Source: Cyanobacteriota bacterium (GTDB taxonomy: Bacteria > Cyanobacteriota > Cyanobacteriia > PCC-6307 > Cyanobiaceae). From it: a DNA stretch of 64,000 bases. Below, piece after piece: positions 10,504-21,132 of the stretch (positions within the stretch are counted from its first letter, which is position 1; every line of letters starts with the position of its first letter). The stretch spans positions 256,001 to 320,000 of the forward strand of contig JBJOMY010000003.1 of assembly GCA_046052125.1 (NCBI GenBank), given 5' to 3'. Under the pieces are notes generated by a model. The model ran no database searches. It was not told where the DNA came from and was given only the letters and a program-made list of their open reading frames with translations. The translations under genes were made by a program, and so were the position numbers.

Positions 10504-10722
10504 TCAGTCGTTGGGGGGCGGGTTCTGCTCCCCTTCCGGCTGTTGTTCAGGCAGAAGCTGAGCGAGCAGTCCGCCGGCCATCAGCGCTACACCGATCACC
10601 AGGGCCAGGCGTTGATTCTCCGCTGCAGCGGCATCACCCCAAACAGCTGCCGCCAGGAAGGCTGCCCCAAGCAGCAGGCAGGGCACCAACACGATGCCTT
10701 TGGCCGTGCGATTGATGCTCAT
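10504..10722 (-). CDS. Small two-TM membrane protein (GIVxVP family)
   Basis: NRTAKGIVLVP motif and two hydrophobic helices. Confidence 0.75.
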   Translation of the reverse strand: MSINRTAKGIVLVPCLLLGAAFLAAAVWGDAAAAENQRLALVIGVALMAGGLLAQLLPEQQPEGEQNPPPND

Positions 10723-10728
10723 CGCCGC

Positions 10729-11094
10729 TCAGCAGCCGGGCTGCGCATTGGCGAGCCCGGCTGCCACCAGGCCGGCGCCGAGGTCGATGTCTGCTGAGTG
10801 ATCTGCTGCACCGAGGCGCTGCACCCGTGCCACCAGGGTGCCGTTGTCGTTACCCACCGGGCGCAGGTTCACCTTGGTGCGGCGGGGCAACTCGCTGCGC
10901 AGCCAGGCCACCGCCGCGGAATCCCCATCCGGCGGGATGGTTAAGCAGGCCAGCTCCACGGTGTAGGTGCGGTTGTGGTCGCCCACCTGCAGCACGGTGC
11001 CGCTGCGCACCTGCAGCACTTCAGCGGCCTGCACGCCGGCAGCACCCAGCAGCAGCACGCAGGCCATCAGGCCCGACAACAACCAGCGCCGCAT
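10729..11094 (-). CDS. Secreted thermonuclease (SNase)-like protein
   Basis: Signal peptide, an OB-like stretch, V.LAC and DLGAGLVAAGLA; ATG overlaps the ilvB stop. Confidence 0.7.
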   Translation of the reverse strand: MRRWLLSGLMACVLLLGAAGVQAAEVLQVRSGTVLQVGDHNRTYTVELACLTIPPDGDSAAVAWLRSELPRRTKVNLRPVGNDNGTLVARVQRLGAADHSADIDLGAGLVAAGLANAQPGC

Positions 11095-12959
11095 CAGAGC
11101 TTGGCGCCGCAGTTGGGGCAGTAGAGGCTCGAGCTCGAGGTGGTGTGGTGGCAGCTGTGGCACTCACGGCTGGTGTCGATCGCCAGCTCGGGATGGGAGG
11201 GCAGGCCCACCATCTGAGCGTTGCTGGCACCGGGGGGCACCATCGGGTAGCAGTTCTCGTTGCGGCGCACCTGCACCTCAATGAAGGCCGGACCCGGGTG
11301 AGCCAGGGCCTCGGCGAGCTGTTGGCGCAGCTCGGAGCGCTCGCTGATGCGCACGCCTTTCACTCCGAAGCCCTCAGCCACCATCGGGAAGTTGGGCATG
11401 CCGCCGGTCATTTCCGAAGCGGAGTAGCGCTCGCCGTAGAAGCTTTCCTGCCACTGACGCACCATCCCCTGCCAGCCGTTGTTGAGCACCACCACCTTCA
11501 CCGGCAGGTTGTATTGGCTGAGGGTGCCGAGCTCCTGGATGTTCATCAGGATGCTGGCGTCGCCCGCCACGCAGACCACCTGCTGATCGGGGAAGGCCGT
11601 CTGAACGCCCATGGCTGCAGGCATGCCAAAGCCCATGGTGCCAAGACCGGCGGAGCTGATCCAGCGGCGCGGGCCTGTGTGCAGGAACTGCGCCGCCCAC
11701 ATCTGGTGTTGCCCCACATCGGTGGTGACGTAAGCCTCGGGGGCGAGCTCCTGCAGCATCGCCACCACTTCCTGGGGTGCGATCTCGCCTTCCGGAGCCG
11801 GCACCACCAAGGGGTAGTGCTGCTTCCAGGTGTTGATCCGCTCGAGCCAGGCCTCGGTGCGGCCGCTGGAGTCTTCCCCGGCAGACGCCGCCAGCAGGGC
11901 CTCCAGTGCGTCTTTCACATCAGCCACCACCGCCACATCCGGTCGGCGGGTTTTGCCCAGTTCGGCGGCATCGATGTCGATGTGGATCACCTGGGCCCGC
12001 GGCGCGAAGCCATCCAGGCGGCCGGTCACGCGGTCGTCAAAGCGGGCGCCGGCGGCGATCAGCAGATCGCACTCGGTGACGGCGAAGTTGGCGTAGGCCG
12101 TGCCGTGCATCCCGAGCATGCCCACCGCCAGCGGGTGCTGCTCGTCAAAGGCGCCTTTGCCCATCAGGGTGGTGGTCACCGGCAGGCGGAAGCGCTCCGC
12201 CAGTTGATGCACCAGGGGATGGGCGCCGCAGCTGATCGCACCGCCGCCCACGTAGAGCAGGGGCCGCCTGGCCTGGCGGATCAGCGCCAGTGCCGCATCG
12301 ATGGCCTGGGTTTCAGGAGCTGGTGTGGCTTTGAAGCCGGCGGGCACGGCGCTGCCGGGCTCCACCGGGATATAATCGAATTCTTCAACGCCCACATCCT
12401 TGGGCACATCGATCAGCACCGGCCCGGGGCGGCCGCTGGCGGCGATCAGGAAGGCTTCGGCCACGATCCGGCCGATGTCGCGCGGGTCGCGCACCACCCA
12501 GGAGTGTTTCACGATCGGCAGGGTGATGCCGAAGATGTCGGTCTCCTGGAAGGCGTCTGTGCCGATGGCAGCCCGGGGCACCTGACCGGTGATCACCACC
12601 ATCGGCACCGAGTCCATGTGGGCGGTGGCGATGCCGGTCACCAAGTTGGTGGCGCCGGGGCCGGAGGTGCCGAAGCACACGCCCACCTTGCCGGTGGCGC
12701 GGGCATAGGCATCGGCGGCGTGGGTGCCGCCCTGCTCGTGGCGCACCAGGATGTGCTTCAGCCAGCCGCGGCTTTCAGCCTTGTGCAGCTCGTCGTAGAT
12801 CGGCAGGATCGCCCCGCCGGGATAGCCAAAGATGTGCTCCACGCCGTGGCGGCGCAGGGCATCCATCAGGGCGTAGCCGCCATTCACTCGTTGCGGGGTC
12901 GATTGCTCAGGAGAAGCGTTGGCCGCAGCGGCCGTTGGGGATACGGACGTAACGGTCAC
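11094..12959 (-). CDS. ilvB: Acetolactate synthase large subunit
   Basis: [24 protein letters not shown], the [11 protein letters not shown] motif and a C-terminal zinc ribbon. Confidence 0.97.
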   Translation of the reverse strand: MTVTSVSPTAAAANASPEQSTPQRVNGGYALMDALRRHGVEHIFGYPGGAILPIYDELHKAESRGWLKHILVRHEQGGTHAADAYARATGKVGVCFGTSGPGATNLVTGIATAHMDSVPMVVITGQVPRAAIGTDAFQETDIFGITLPIVKHSWVVRDPRDIGRIVAEAFLIAASGRPGPVLIDVPKDVGVEEFDYIPVEPGSAVPAGFKATPAPETQAIDAALALIRQARRPLLYVGGGAISCGAHPLVHQLAERFRLPVTTTLMGKGAFDEQHPLAVGMLGMHGTAYANFAVTECDLLIAAGARFDDRVTGRLDGFAPRAQVIHIDIDAAELGKTRRPDVAVVADVKDALEALLAASAGEDSSGRTEAWLERINTWKQHYPLVVPAPEGEIAPQEVVAMLQELAPEAYVTTDVGQHQMWAAQFLHTGPRRWISSAGLGTMGFGMPAAMGVQTAFPDQQVVCVAGDASILMNIQELGTLSQYNLPVKVVVLNNGWQGMVRQWQESFYGERYSASEMTGGMPNFPMVAEGFGVKGVRISERSELRQQLAEALAHPGPAFIEVQVRRNENCYPMVPPGASNAQMVGLPSHPELAIDTSRECHSCHHTTSSSSLYCPNCGAKL

Positions 12960-13027
12960 GACGGCAGCAGTCGGCTCTCAAGTTGTTCCAACCCTAAGGT
13001 CTGGCCAGGGGATTGGGTGTGCGGCGT

Positions 13028-13573
13028 TCAGCGCCGCTGACGCTGAGCCGCTGCCATGGCCCGCAGGATTGCGGCGGGATTGAGCCAGCGGCCGCTGTAG
13101 CGCACACCCCAGTGCAGATGAGGGCCGGTGCTGCGGCCGCTCACGCCCACATGGCCGATCACCGCACCGCTCGGCACGCGGTTGCCGGCACGCAGGGCAA
13201 CAGCGCCGCTGCGGTACACACCGCCCTGCACGGCGCCACTGAGGTGGCAATAAATGTGCTCGTAGGGGCCCGATTGGATCAACAGCCCCAGGCCGCAGCT
13301 GCCGTCCTGGATCACCTCCTGCACCACCCCGCCCCACCAATTGCGGATCGGCGAGCCCATCGGAGCAGCGATGTCGATGCCGTGATGGGGTTCCCAACTG
13401 CCGGCTGGCCCGAGGCGCTGTCCGAAATGGCTGGTGTAGCCGGAAAACACGGCCACGGGAAACACACCCTGGCTCCAGCGGCCATCGGCGTGGGCGATGC
13501 CGCCGAGCACCAGCGCAGCGGCGAGGCCGCCAGCTGCGGCCCTACAGCAATCCCAGGGAATGAAGCGGGCCAC
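13028..13573 (-). CDS. M23 family metallopeptidase
   Basis: [13 protein letters not shown] and STGPHLH motifs. Confidence 0.9.
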   Translation of the reverse strand: MARFIPWDCCRAAAGGLAAALVLGGIAHADGRWSQGVFPVAVFSGYTSHFGQRLGPAGSWEPHHGIDIAAPMGSPIRNWWGGVVQEVIQDGSCGLGLLIQSGPYEHIYCHLSGAVQGGVYRSGAVALRAGNRVPSGAVIGHVGVSGRSTGPHLHWGVRYSGRWLNPAAILRAMAAAQRQRR

Positions 13574-14717
13574 GGCCGCTGAGCAGCTCCAGCAGGAAAG
13601 CGGAGAAGCCGAGCATTGCCAAGCGACCGTTCCACACCTCGGAGCTGTTGTTCCAGCCCCAGGCCCACTTGTCCTGGGGGTAGAGCTTCACCTTGGTGGG
13701 CAATGCCGCCGCCTGATCCAGGTTCACCTCAGGCCCCTCAAGGGCGTGCTGCACCAGGTTGGCCAGGCCTTCGATGAAGGACGGCGTGGTGTCGAGGGCG
13801 GGCACGCGGCGGAAGTTGGTGATGCCGGATTCGGTGGCGATCTCCCGGTATTCGATGTCGATTTCTTCGAGCGTTTCGATGTGCTCGCTCACGAAGCTGA
13901 TCGGCACCACCACCAAATCCTTCACCCCTTGTTCGCCGAGCTCATGGAGCGCGTCGTCGGTGTAGGGCTTGAGCCATTCCACGGGACCCACCCGGCTCTG
14001 GTAGGCCAGGGTGAACGGGTTGCGGTAGCCCAGCTGCTGCTCCAGCCGATCGATGATCAGGCCGGCACAGGCCTGGATCTCCTCTTGATAGGGATCGCCC
14101 GCCTCTTCCACGTAGCTCTTGGGCACCCCGTGGGCGCTGAAGAACACATGGGCGCTGGCCGGATCGGGGCAGGCCTGGATCTCCTTGGCGATCAGCTCGG
14201 CCATGGCGCCGATGTAGCCGGGATCGTTGTAGTAGCTGCGGATGCAGCGAATCGGCAGGCGGGCAAAGTTCGTGTCGGCCTGGCGCAGCCGCTGCAGCTC
14301 CCGGAAGCTCGAGCCGCTGGTGCTGATCGAGAAGTGGGGGTAGAGAGGCAGCACCACCACCTCATCGATGCCGTCGGCCTTGATATCGGCCACGGCCGAT
14401 TCGGTGAACGGGTGCCAGTAGCGCATCGCCACGTAGCTGGTGGCTTCGATGCCGCGCTGGCGCAGGGTGCTCTGCAGCTCGCGGGCCTGCTGCTCGGTGA
14501 TCCGGCGCAGCGGTGAACCGCCACCGATCGAGCGGTAGGCCGCCTGGGATTTACCGGCCCTCAGGGTGCTGATCAACCAGGCCAACGGCTTCTGCAGGGC
14601 CGGGTTGGGCAACCGGATGATCTCCGGATCCGCAAACAGGTTGTAGAGGAACGGCCCCACGTCCTGAATGCGCTCAGGCCCGCCGAGGTTCAGCAACAGC
14701 ACGCCGACCTTGGCCAT
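13542..14717 (-). CDS. hemH: Ferrochelatase with C-terminal CAB/HLIP domain
   Basis: [39 protein letters not shown] and [12 protein letters not shown]. Confidence 0.98.
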   Translation of the reverse strand: MAKVGVLLLNLGGPERIQDVGPFLYNLFADPEIIRLPNPALQKPLAWLISTLRAGKSQAAYRSIGGGSPLRRITEQQARELQSTLRQRGIEATSYVAMRYWHPFTESAVADIKADGIDEVVVLPLYPHFSISTSGSSFRELQRLRQADTNFARLPIRCIRSYYNDPGYIGAMAELIAKEIQACPDPASAHVFFSAHGVPKSYVEEAGDPYQEEIQACAGLIIDRLEQQLGYRNPFTLAYQSRVGPVEWLKPYTDDALHELGEQGVKDLVVVPISFVSEHIETLEEIDIEYREIATESGITNFRRVPALDTTPSFIEGLANLVQHALEGPEVNLDQAAALPTKVKLYPQDKWAWGWNNSSEVWNGRLAMLGFSAFLLELLSGRGPLHSLGLL

Positions 14718-14809
14718 GCCCAGCGGTGATCAGGTGAATAGTGCGCTCGAGCGTAACGCTGCTGGCTCAGGGCTGGCCGTCGCGCTGCAAGCTCGATAGG
14801 GTCCGCGCC

Positions 14810-16009
14810 ATGACGGGCGCCGCCTCTCCTCCTCACGTTCTGGACGAGCAGCTACGCCTGCACAACGCCCAGCTGGCGGCCAGTGGGGTGAGTTTGCGCC
14901 TGGAGCGTCGCGGCCAGCGCTTGGCCCTGCGGGGGCCTTTGCCCTGTCGCCGTGGCAGTGGGGCGGTGCTGGTTCAGCGCATCAGCCTTGGGCTGGCCGC
15001 CGATCACAACGGGTTGGAGCAAGCCCGCGCGGCCCTGCGGCGGGTGCTCCAGCAGCTGCAGCAGCAGACCTTTTCATGGAGCCATTGGGGGGATCCCGGC
15101 GCGGGATCCCAAAAGGCCGCGTCTACGGCGCAGGCAGCGGATGCGGCTGTCGCGCTTGATCGCTTCGAGCGCGACTTCTTCGCTGATCCGCGCCGCCGCC
15201 GCAATGCCGCCGGCACCCGCACCACCTGGACCAGCGCCTATCTGCCCTATCTGCGGCGGTTGCGTCAGCTGGCGGAGCAGCACCCGCAGCCGTTGAGCAC
15301 GGCGCTGCTGGAAGCGGTGCTCGAGAGCTACCCCCTGGCCAGCCGCGGCCGCCAGCAGTGCGGCACAGCCTTGGCGGCTCTGGCGCGGGCGCAAGCGATC
15401 GACCTACCGGCCGATTGGGCTGATCGCGCCGGCGGTTACGGCCTGCATGCCGCCCAGTTCCGCCAGTTGCCGAGCGATATCCAGATCCTCGACTGGATCG
15501 AGCGCATTCCCAACCCGGGCTGGCGCCTGGCCTACGGCTTGATGGCCACCTATGGATTGCGCAACCACGAGGTGTTTTTCAGCGATCTCTCCGCCCTCGC
15601 TCCCGGCGGTGATCGGGTGATCCGTGTGCTGCCCACCAGCAAAACGGGGGAGCATCAGGTGTGGCCGTTTCAGCCGGAATGGGTGGAGCGCTTCGAGCTG
15701 CCGCGGCTCGGTGAGGCTCGGGATCTGCTGCCGCCGGTGCGCACGGATCTGCGCCGCACCACGCTGCAGCAGGTGGGCCGTCGGGTGGCTGAGCAGTTTC
15801 GCCGCTATGAGCTCCCCATCACCCCCTACGACCTGCGTCACGCCTGGGCCGTGCGCACCATTCACATCGGTCTGCCCGACACCGTGGCCGCCCGGATGAT
15901 GGGCCACTCGGTGGCGATCCACACCCGCACCTACCACCACTGGATCACCCGCCGCGATCAGCAGCAGGCAGTCGATACGGCCCTGGCCCGCGCCCGATCT
16001 GCAGCCTGA
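14810..16009 (+). CDS. Tyrosine recombinase/integrase (XisA/XisC-like)
   Basis: MATYGLRNHE (R), SKTG (K), PYDLRHAWA (YxxR) and MMGHS...Y catalytic set. Confidence 0.88.
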   Translation: MTGAASPPHVLDEQLRLHNAQLAASGVSLRLERRGQRLALRGPLPCRRGSGAVLVQRISLGLAADHNGLEQARAALRRVLQQLQQQTFSWSHWGDPGAGSQKAASTAQAADAAVALDRFERDFFADPRRRRNAAGTRTTWTSAYLPYLRRLRQLAEQHPQPLSTALLEAVLESYPLASRGRQQCGTALAALARAQAIDLPADWADRAGGYGLHAAQFRQLPSDIQILDWIERIPNPGWRLAYGLMATYGLRNHEVFFSDLSALAPGGDRVIRVLPTSKTGEHQVWPFQPEWVERFELPRLGEARDLLPPVRTDLRRTTLQQVGRRVAEQFRRYELPITPYDLRHAWAVRTIHIGLPDTVAARMMGHSVAIHTRTYHHWITRRDQQQAVDTALARARSAA

Positions 16010-16048
16010 TCGCAGCGTTGCCAGAGTGCTGCCATCTGAGCCTCTGCT

Positions 16049-16726
16049 GTGCACCCTGATCCGCTCGAAACCCCCCTCGATCAGGCCGCTTCTGAACTCG
16101 GTATGGGCGGTGCCCTGGCCCCTGAGGCCAGCGCCGAGGCCTACCGCCGCCGCATGGAGCGCCGCAAAGAGGTGCAGCAGCAGCGGGTGGGCGAGCGCAA
16201 TCTCGAGAAGGGGTTGGTGCTGGTGTTCACCGGCGACGGCAAGGGCAAAACCACTGCGGCCCTAGGGCTGGTGCTGCGCACCCTCGGCCATGGGGAGCAG
16301 GTGGCCGTGGTGCAGTTCATCAAAGGCGGCTGGCATCCCGGCGAGGCCAAGGCGCTGGCGCTGTTCGGTGAAGCGCTGCACTGGCACGCCCTGGGTGAGG
16401 GGTTCACCTGGGAAACCCAGGACCGGGACCGCGATCGCCAGCTGGTGCAGCAGGCCTGGGAGCAGTCCCTCCTTTATCTGGCATCGGCTGAGCGCAAGTT
16501 GGTGGTGCTCGATGAGGTGAACGTGGCCCTCAAGCTCGGCTACCTCGAGCTGGAGCAGGTGCTGGAGGGCCTGGCGCTGCGCCCGCCGCTCACCCATGTG
16601 GCCCTCACCGGCCGCGGCGCGCCGGCAGGGTTGCTCGAGCGCGCTGATCTGGTCACCGAAATGAAGCTGCTGCGCCACCCGTTCCGGGAGCAGGGGGTGA
16701 AAGCTCAGGCCGGTATCGAGTTTTGA
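16049..16726 (+). CDS. cobO: Cob(I)alamin adenosyltransferase
   Basis: FTGDGKGKTTAALG, QFIKG, VLDEVN, LTGR and GIEF; the start may be ATG 16103. Confidence 0.95.
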   Translation: MHPDPLETPLDQAASELGMGGALAPEASAEAYRRRMERRKEVQQQRVGERNLEKGLVLVFTGDGKGKTTAALGLVLRTLGHGEQVAVVQFIKGGWHPGEAKALALFGEALHWHALGEGFTWETQDRDRDRQLVQQAWEQSLLYLASAERKLVVLDEVNVALKLGYLELEQVLEGLALRPPLTHVALTGRGAPAGLLERADLVTEMKLLRHPFREQGVKAQAGIEF

Positions 16727-16736
16727 GCGCTCGCGT

Positions 16737-16937
16737 TTAGGTGCCCTGCTGCCCTTGCAGCAGCGCCAGGCTGCTGAGCAAAACCGATAACCCACTCACC
16801 AGCAGGGCCCGATGCACCATCGGTTCGCCCCAGCCGCCGGGTTCGGCCACCAGCTGCTCCACCGCCGAAAGGGTGAGCCGGGCCATCACGCTGGAGCTTC
16901 TCGGCGGCAGTGGATCGCCGGCCTGAGCGCTTGTCAT
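16737..16937 (-). CDS. Small hypothetical protein
   Basis: 66-aa ORF filling the cobO-pyrH gap, with a hydrophobic C-terminus. Confidence 0.5.
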   Translation of the reverse strand: MTSAQAGDPLPPRSSSVMARLTLSAVEQLVAEPGGWGEPMVHRALLVSGLSVLLSSLALLQGQQGT

Positions 16938-17037
16938 CAGCGTTGTGCGGTTGTCCCATCGAAGCGGCTGGAGCCAGCGTCGGCAAGGGATCTCACGCTT
17001 GCTACTGTTCGGCCAACTGACGTGCAAGCGCGAACGG

Positions 17038-17751
17038 ATGGCTTACCAGCGCGTGTTGCTCAAGCTCAGTGGTGAAGCCCTGATGGGCGAGCAGGGCTAC
17101 GGCATTGATCCGGCCATCGTGAATGCGATTGCCAAGGACGTGGCCGAAGTGGTGGCGGATGGCACCCAGCTGGCGATCGTGGTGGGCGGCGGCAACATCT
17201 TCCGCGGCCTGAAGGGCTCGGCGGCCGGCATGGATCGCGCCACCGCCGACTACGTGGGCATGCTCGCCACGGTGATGAATGCCATCACCCTGCAGGACGG
17301 CCTCGAGCGGGCCGGCATCCCCACCCGCGTGCAGAGCGCCATCTCGATGCAGGAAGTGGCGGAGCCTTACATCCGCCGTAAGGCGATCCGTCATATGGAG
17401 AAGGGCCGCGTGGTGATCTTCGCCGCCGGCACCGGTAACCCGTTCTTCACCACCGACACCACCGCCGCCCTTCGCGCGGCAGAGATCGGTGCCAACGTGG
17501 TCTTCAAGGCCACCAAGGTGGATGGGGTCTACGACAAAGACCCCAACAAGTTCGCCGATGCGGTGCGCTACGAGAGCCTGTCGTTCCTCGATGTGCTCAG
17601 CGGCGAGCTCGAGGTGATGGACAGCACCGCCATCGCCCTCTGCAAGGACAACGCCATCCCCATCGTGGTGTTTGATCTGTTCGGCGCCGGCAACATCGGC
17701 CGGGCTGTCCGCGGTGAGCCCATCGGCACCAGCATCCTGCCCTCGGCCTGA
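17038..17751 (+). CDS. pyrH: Uridylate kinase
   Basis: [29 protein letters not shown] and VDGVYD.DP. Confidence 0.98.
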   Translation: MAYQRVLLKLSGEALMGEQGYGIDPAIVNAIAKDVAEVVADGTQLAIVVGGGNIFRGLKGSAAGMDRATADYVGMLATVMNAITLQDGLERAGIPTRVQSAISMQEVAEPYIRRKAIRHMEKGRVVIFAAGTGNPFFTTDTTAALRAAEIGANVVFKATKVDGVYDKDPNKFADAVRYESLSFLDVLSGELEVMDSTAIALCKDNAIPIVVFDLFGAGNIGRAVRGEPIGTSILPSA

Positions 17752-17775
17752 GCCTTTCTTTTCCTGTCAGCACCC

Positions 17776-18315
17776 ATGGATCTCGAAGCCAGCATGCGCA
17801 AGTCGGTGGATTCCACCCAGCGCACCTTCAACACCATCCGCACCGGTCGGGCCAACGCCTCGCTGCTCGACAAGATCCAGGTTGAGTACTACGGCGCGGA
17901 TACGCCGCTGAAGTCGCTGGCCACCATCAGCACGCCGGATTCCTCCACGATCCAGCTGCAGCCGTTTGATGGCGGATCGCTCGGCTTGATCGAGAAGGCG
18001 ATCTCGATGAGCGATCTGGGCCTCACCTGCAACAACGACGGCAAGGTGATCCGGATCAACATTCCGCCCCTCACCGAAGATCGCCGCAAAGACCTCTGCA
18101 AGCTGGCGGCCAAATACGCCGAAGAAGGCAAGGTGGCGCTGCGCAACATCCGCCGCGATGCCATCGACAAGGTGAAGAAGCAGGAGAAAGAAGGCGACTT
18201 CTCCGAGGATCAGAGCCGTGATGAGCAGGACAAGATCCAGAAGCTCACCGATAAGTTCATCACCGAGATCGAAAAGCTGCTGGCTGAGAAGGAAGCCGAC
18301 ATCCTCAAGGTGTGA
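17776..18315 (+). CDS. frr: Ribosome recycling factor
   Basis: [15 protein letters not shown] and RNIRR; follows pyrH. Confidence 0.98.
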   Translation: MDLEASMRKSVDSTQRTFNTIRTGRANASLLDKIQVEYYGADTPLKSLATISTPDSSTIQLQPFDGGSLGLIEKAISMSDLGLTCNNDGKVIRINIPPLTEDRRKDLCKLAAKYAEEGKVALRNIRRDAIDKVKKQEKEGDFSEDQSRDEQDKIQKLTDKFITEIEKLLAEKEADILKV

Positions 18316-19472
18316 GCTCCGCTCACATGCATGACGTCATCGTCGTCGGTGCCGGCGCGGCCGGTGCCGCTGCGGCGTTTCACTTAAGTGCGCGCGGGCA
18401 CAGCGTCCTGATCCTGGAGGCCGAGGCCATGCCACGCCGCAAACCCTGCGGTGGTGGCATGGCGGCGTCAGTGCAGCGTTGGTTTCCCTTTGATCTCTCG
18501 CCCGCCGTAGATCAGGTGATCGAGCAGGTGCGCTTCACCTGGTGCCTGGAAGATCCCGTCACCGCGGTGTTGCCGGGTGATTCACCCTTCTGGATCGTGC
18601 AACGCTCGCGCCTCGATCAGTTCATCGCGCAGCAGGCCATCGATGCCGGTGCTGAGCTGGTGGATGCCGCACCGGTGTCGACGATTGAGCGCAATGGCGA
18701 CCATTGGTGCGTGGAGGCAGCAGGCCATCGCTACCTCAGCCACGCCGTGGTGGTGGCCGATGGCTCCAGCTCCCGCTTTGCCGCCGCCCTGGGCCTGGGC
18801 AATCCCCTGCCGCGCTTCGCCAGTGCCGTTGCGGTGGAGGTGGAGGCCGAGGTGCTGGAGCCCAACACGGCCCGCTTCGAATTCGGCCTGGTGCGCCATG
18901 GCTTCTGTTGGGCCTTCCCGCGCCAGGGCGGCTACAGCATTGGCGTGGGCACCTTCATCGGCAAGGACGCCGTGGATGCAGCCGGCGTGATGGCCCAGCT
19001 GCTGCCAAGCCTCGGCTTGCCCGCGGATGCGGGGCTGCGGCTGCAATCACCGCTGCGGGTCTGGGACGGCCACTATCCGCTGCACACCCCGGCCGGTGCT
19101 GTGGCCGTGGGTGATGCCGCCTCACTTTGTGATCCCTTCCTGGCCGAGGGTCTGCGGCCGGCGTTGCTCAGCGGTGTGCGTAGTGCAGAAGCGCTTGATC
19201 GTTACCTGGTGCAGCGCAAGGCCGGTGATCAGGCGGCGGCGGAGCAGTCGCTGGCGGGCTACAGCCAGGCGATGCGGCAGGAGTGGGGTGAATCCATGGC
19301 CTGGGGACGGCGCATCGCCCAGGTGTTTTACCGGGTTCCCAAGGTGGGCTATCAGCTCGGGATCAAACGCCCCACCGCGCCGCAGCGGATCGCCCAGATC
19401 CTCTCCGGTGAGATGGGCTACGGCGATATCGCCCAGCGGGTGATCAAGCGCCTGCTGTTTCAGCGTGGCTAG
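18312..19472 (+). CDS. Geranylgeranyl reductase family FAD oxidoreductase
   Basis: [22 protein letters not shown] and [14 protein letters not shown]. Confidence 0.85.
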   Translation: MSSAHMHDVIVVGAGAAGAAAAFHLSARGHSVLILEAEAMPRRKPCGGGMAASVQRWFPFDLSPAVDQVIEQVRFTWCLEDPVTAVLPGDSPFWIVQRSRLDQFIAQQAIDAGAELVDAAPVSTIERNGDHWCVEAAGHRYLSHAVVVADGSSSRFAAALGLGNPLPRFASAVAVEVEAEVLEPNTARFEFGLVRHGFCWAFPRQGGYSIGVGTFIGKDAVDAAGVMAQLLPSLGLPADAGLRLQSPLRVWDGHYPLHTPAGAVAVGDAASLCDPFLAEGLRPALLSGVRSAEALDRYLVQRKAGDQAAAEQSLAGYSQAMRQEWGESMAWGRRIAQVFYRVPKVGYQLGIKRPTAPQRIAQILSGEMGYGDIAQRVIKRLLFQRG

Positions 19473-19849
19473 CTGAATTTGGTGCAGTCCTTGAGCTGCC
19501 GCAGCCGCTTATCGATCGAGCCCAGCAGCTCGATCGCAAACATGGGTGATTCCTGAACCGCAAACAGAAACTTCTCGCGGTTCATCACCAGCACCTTGCA
19601 ATCGCTCATCGCCTTGGCGTTGCCGTAACGGCGATGCTCCGGCGTCACTAGGGCGCCGGCGCCGAACACATCGCCGGCCTGGATGATCTCCTGGCAGCCT
19701 TCCTCGTTCCAGCTGAGCTCCACGCTTCCTTCCAGCACGCCGAACATGCAGTCGCCGGTTTCCCCGGAACTGAAGATCAGCTGACCGGCTGGAACATCCA
19801 GCACCTCACCCTGGCTGGCCAGGGCGCGCATGGTGTCGAGAGCGTTCAA
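19469..19849 (-). CDS. Stand-alone cyclic nucleotide-binding domain protein
   Basis: IFSSGETGD, G.V.L, GDVFG..AL and R...A; no HTH domain. Confidence 0.85.
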   Translation of the reverse strand: MNALDTMRALASQGEVLDVPAGQLIFSSGETGDCMFGVLEGSVELSWNEEGCQEIIQAGDVFGAGALVTPEHRRYGNAKAMSDCKVLVMNREKFLFAVQESPMFAIELLGSIDKRLRQLKDCTKFS

Positions 19850-19890
19850 CGGAGATGGCGGTGCAATCCACCCAGTGTGGATCAGCTTGG

Positions 19891-21063
19891 TTAAGAAGCG
19901 CTGATGGCCAGGGCTGCCCCCAGGCCACCACGCACATCGGCGGGCATCAGGCGGCCGTCGTGGTCGGTGTCGAGGGCATCAAACACGGCATCGCTGCCCA
20001 GCCATTCCTCGCGGGTGATGCAGCCATCGCCATCGAGGTCGTTGAGCAGGAAGATCTCCTGAGCGGCGTGCTGGAAGGCGCCGGCACCTTCGAGCTCGCC
20101 CAGGCGGTGGGCCAGCTGCGCCTCGAGGGTTTCGATCGCGCGGGTGAAGCCGGTGATGCCCTCCTGCAGCTTCTCGGTGGCCATCGGGTCTTTGTGCATC
20201 ATCGCTTCAAAGCCCGGGCGATCCAGGTGGATCTGCTCCTCGGTGGGAGCGGGGTTGAAGGCGTTGAGCTTGCGGGTCAGTTCGCCCTGGGTGTTGCGCA
20301 GCTGATCCAGCAGCTTCGGCGAGATGGTGAGCAGATCGCAGCCCGCCAGTTCGATGATTTCATCGATGTTGCGGAAGCTGGCACCCATCACCTCGGTTTT
20401 GTAGCCGTAGGTCTTGAAGTAGTTGAAGATCTGGGTCACCGACACCACGCCCGGATCCTCAGGACCGGGATAGCTCTCGCGCCCGGTGCTCTTTTTGTAC
20501 CAATCGAGGATGCGCCCCACAAACGGGGAAATCAGCGTGACGCCTGCCTCAGCCGCGGCGATCGCCTGGGCGAAGCTGAACAGCAGGGTGAGGTTGCAGT
20601 GGATGCCCTCCTTCTCCAGCACCTCGGCGGCTTTGATCCCCTCCCAGGTGGAGGCGATCTTGATCAGCACGCGCTCGCGGCCGATCCCGGCCTGGCGGTA
20701 GAGGCCGATCAACTTGCGGGCCTTGGTGATGGTGGCTTCGGTGTCGAAGCTGAGGCGGGCATCCACTTCGGTGGACACACGACCGGGCACGATTTTGAGG
20801 ATCTCGGTGCCGAAGGTGACGCAGATTTCATCGAGGGCCTCGCGCACCACCTCTTCCGCCGGTGCAGCTGCGCCGCACACCTCGCGCGACTGCTGCAGGG
20901 AGCGGTCGATCAGGCTCTGATAGGTGGGGATCTGCGCCGCCGCCAGGATCAGCGAGGGATTGGTGGTGGCATCCCGGGGCGTGAACTGACGGATGGCGTC
21001 GATGTCACCGGTGTCGGCGACCACCACGGTCATGGCGGCCAGTTGATCGAGCAGGTTGGCCAT
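19891..21063 (-). CDS. tal: Transaldolase with C-terminal EF-hand pair
   Basis: [29 protein letters not shown] and the EF-hand loops [12 protein letters not shown] and DTDHDGRL. Confidence 0.97.
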   Translation of the reverse strand: MANLLDQLAAMTVVVADTGDIDAIRQFTPRDATTNPSLILAAAQIPTYQSLIDRSLQQSREVCGAAAPAEEVVREALDEICVTFGTEILKIVPGRVSTEVDARLSFDTEATITKARKLIGLYRQAGIGRERVLIKIASTWEGIKAAEVLEKEGIHCNLTLLFSFAQAIAAAEAGVTLISPFVGRILDWYKKSTGRESYPGPEDPGVVSVTQIFNYFKTYGYKTEVMGASFRNIDEIIELAGCDLLTISPKLLDQLRNTQGELTRKLNAFNPAPTEEQIHLDRPGFEAMMHKDPMATEKLQEGITGFTRAIETLEAQLAHRLGELEGAGAFQHAAQEIFLLNDLDGDGCITREEWLGSDAVFDALDTDHDGRLMPADVRGGLGAALAISAS

Positions 21064-21132
21064 GCAGGGCCCCGTGAGATGGGCTCAAACTAGCCAGCAC
21101 AACCCGAATGCACCGCCTCTGTCACCAAGCGG

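Noticed and set aside
10827..13040. 737-aa + strand ORF, and similar long antisense ORFs (19855-21093, 28560-29945, 50230-51333, 59144-60298)
   Set aside because: They lie opposite well-supported genes (ilvB, tal, the membrane protein, hemC, clpB) and have no motifs; these are typical shadow ORFs of high-GC codon usage.
13542..13680. HLIP/CAB motif as a separate hli gene
   Set aside because: It is in frame with hemH and is the known C-terminal domain of cyanobacterial ferrochelatase.
14753..16021. Short inverted match flanking the recombinase (GTAACGCTGC at 14753, GCAGCGTTGC at 16012)
   Set aside because: Only 9 of 10 bases match in GC-rich DNA and the match does not extend; too weak to call recombination sites.
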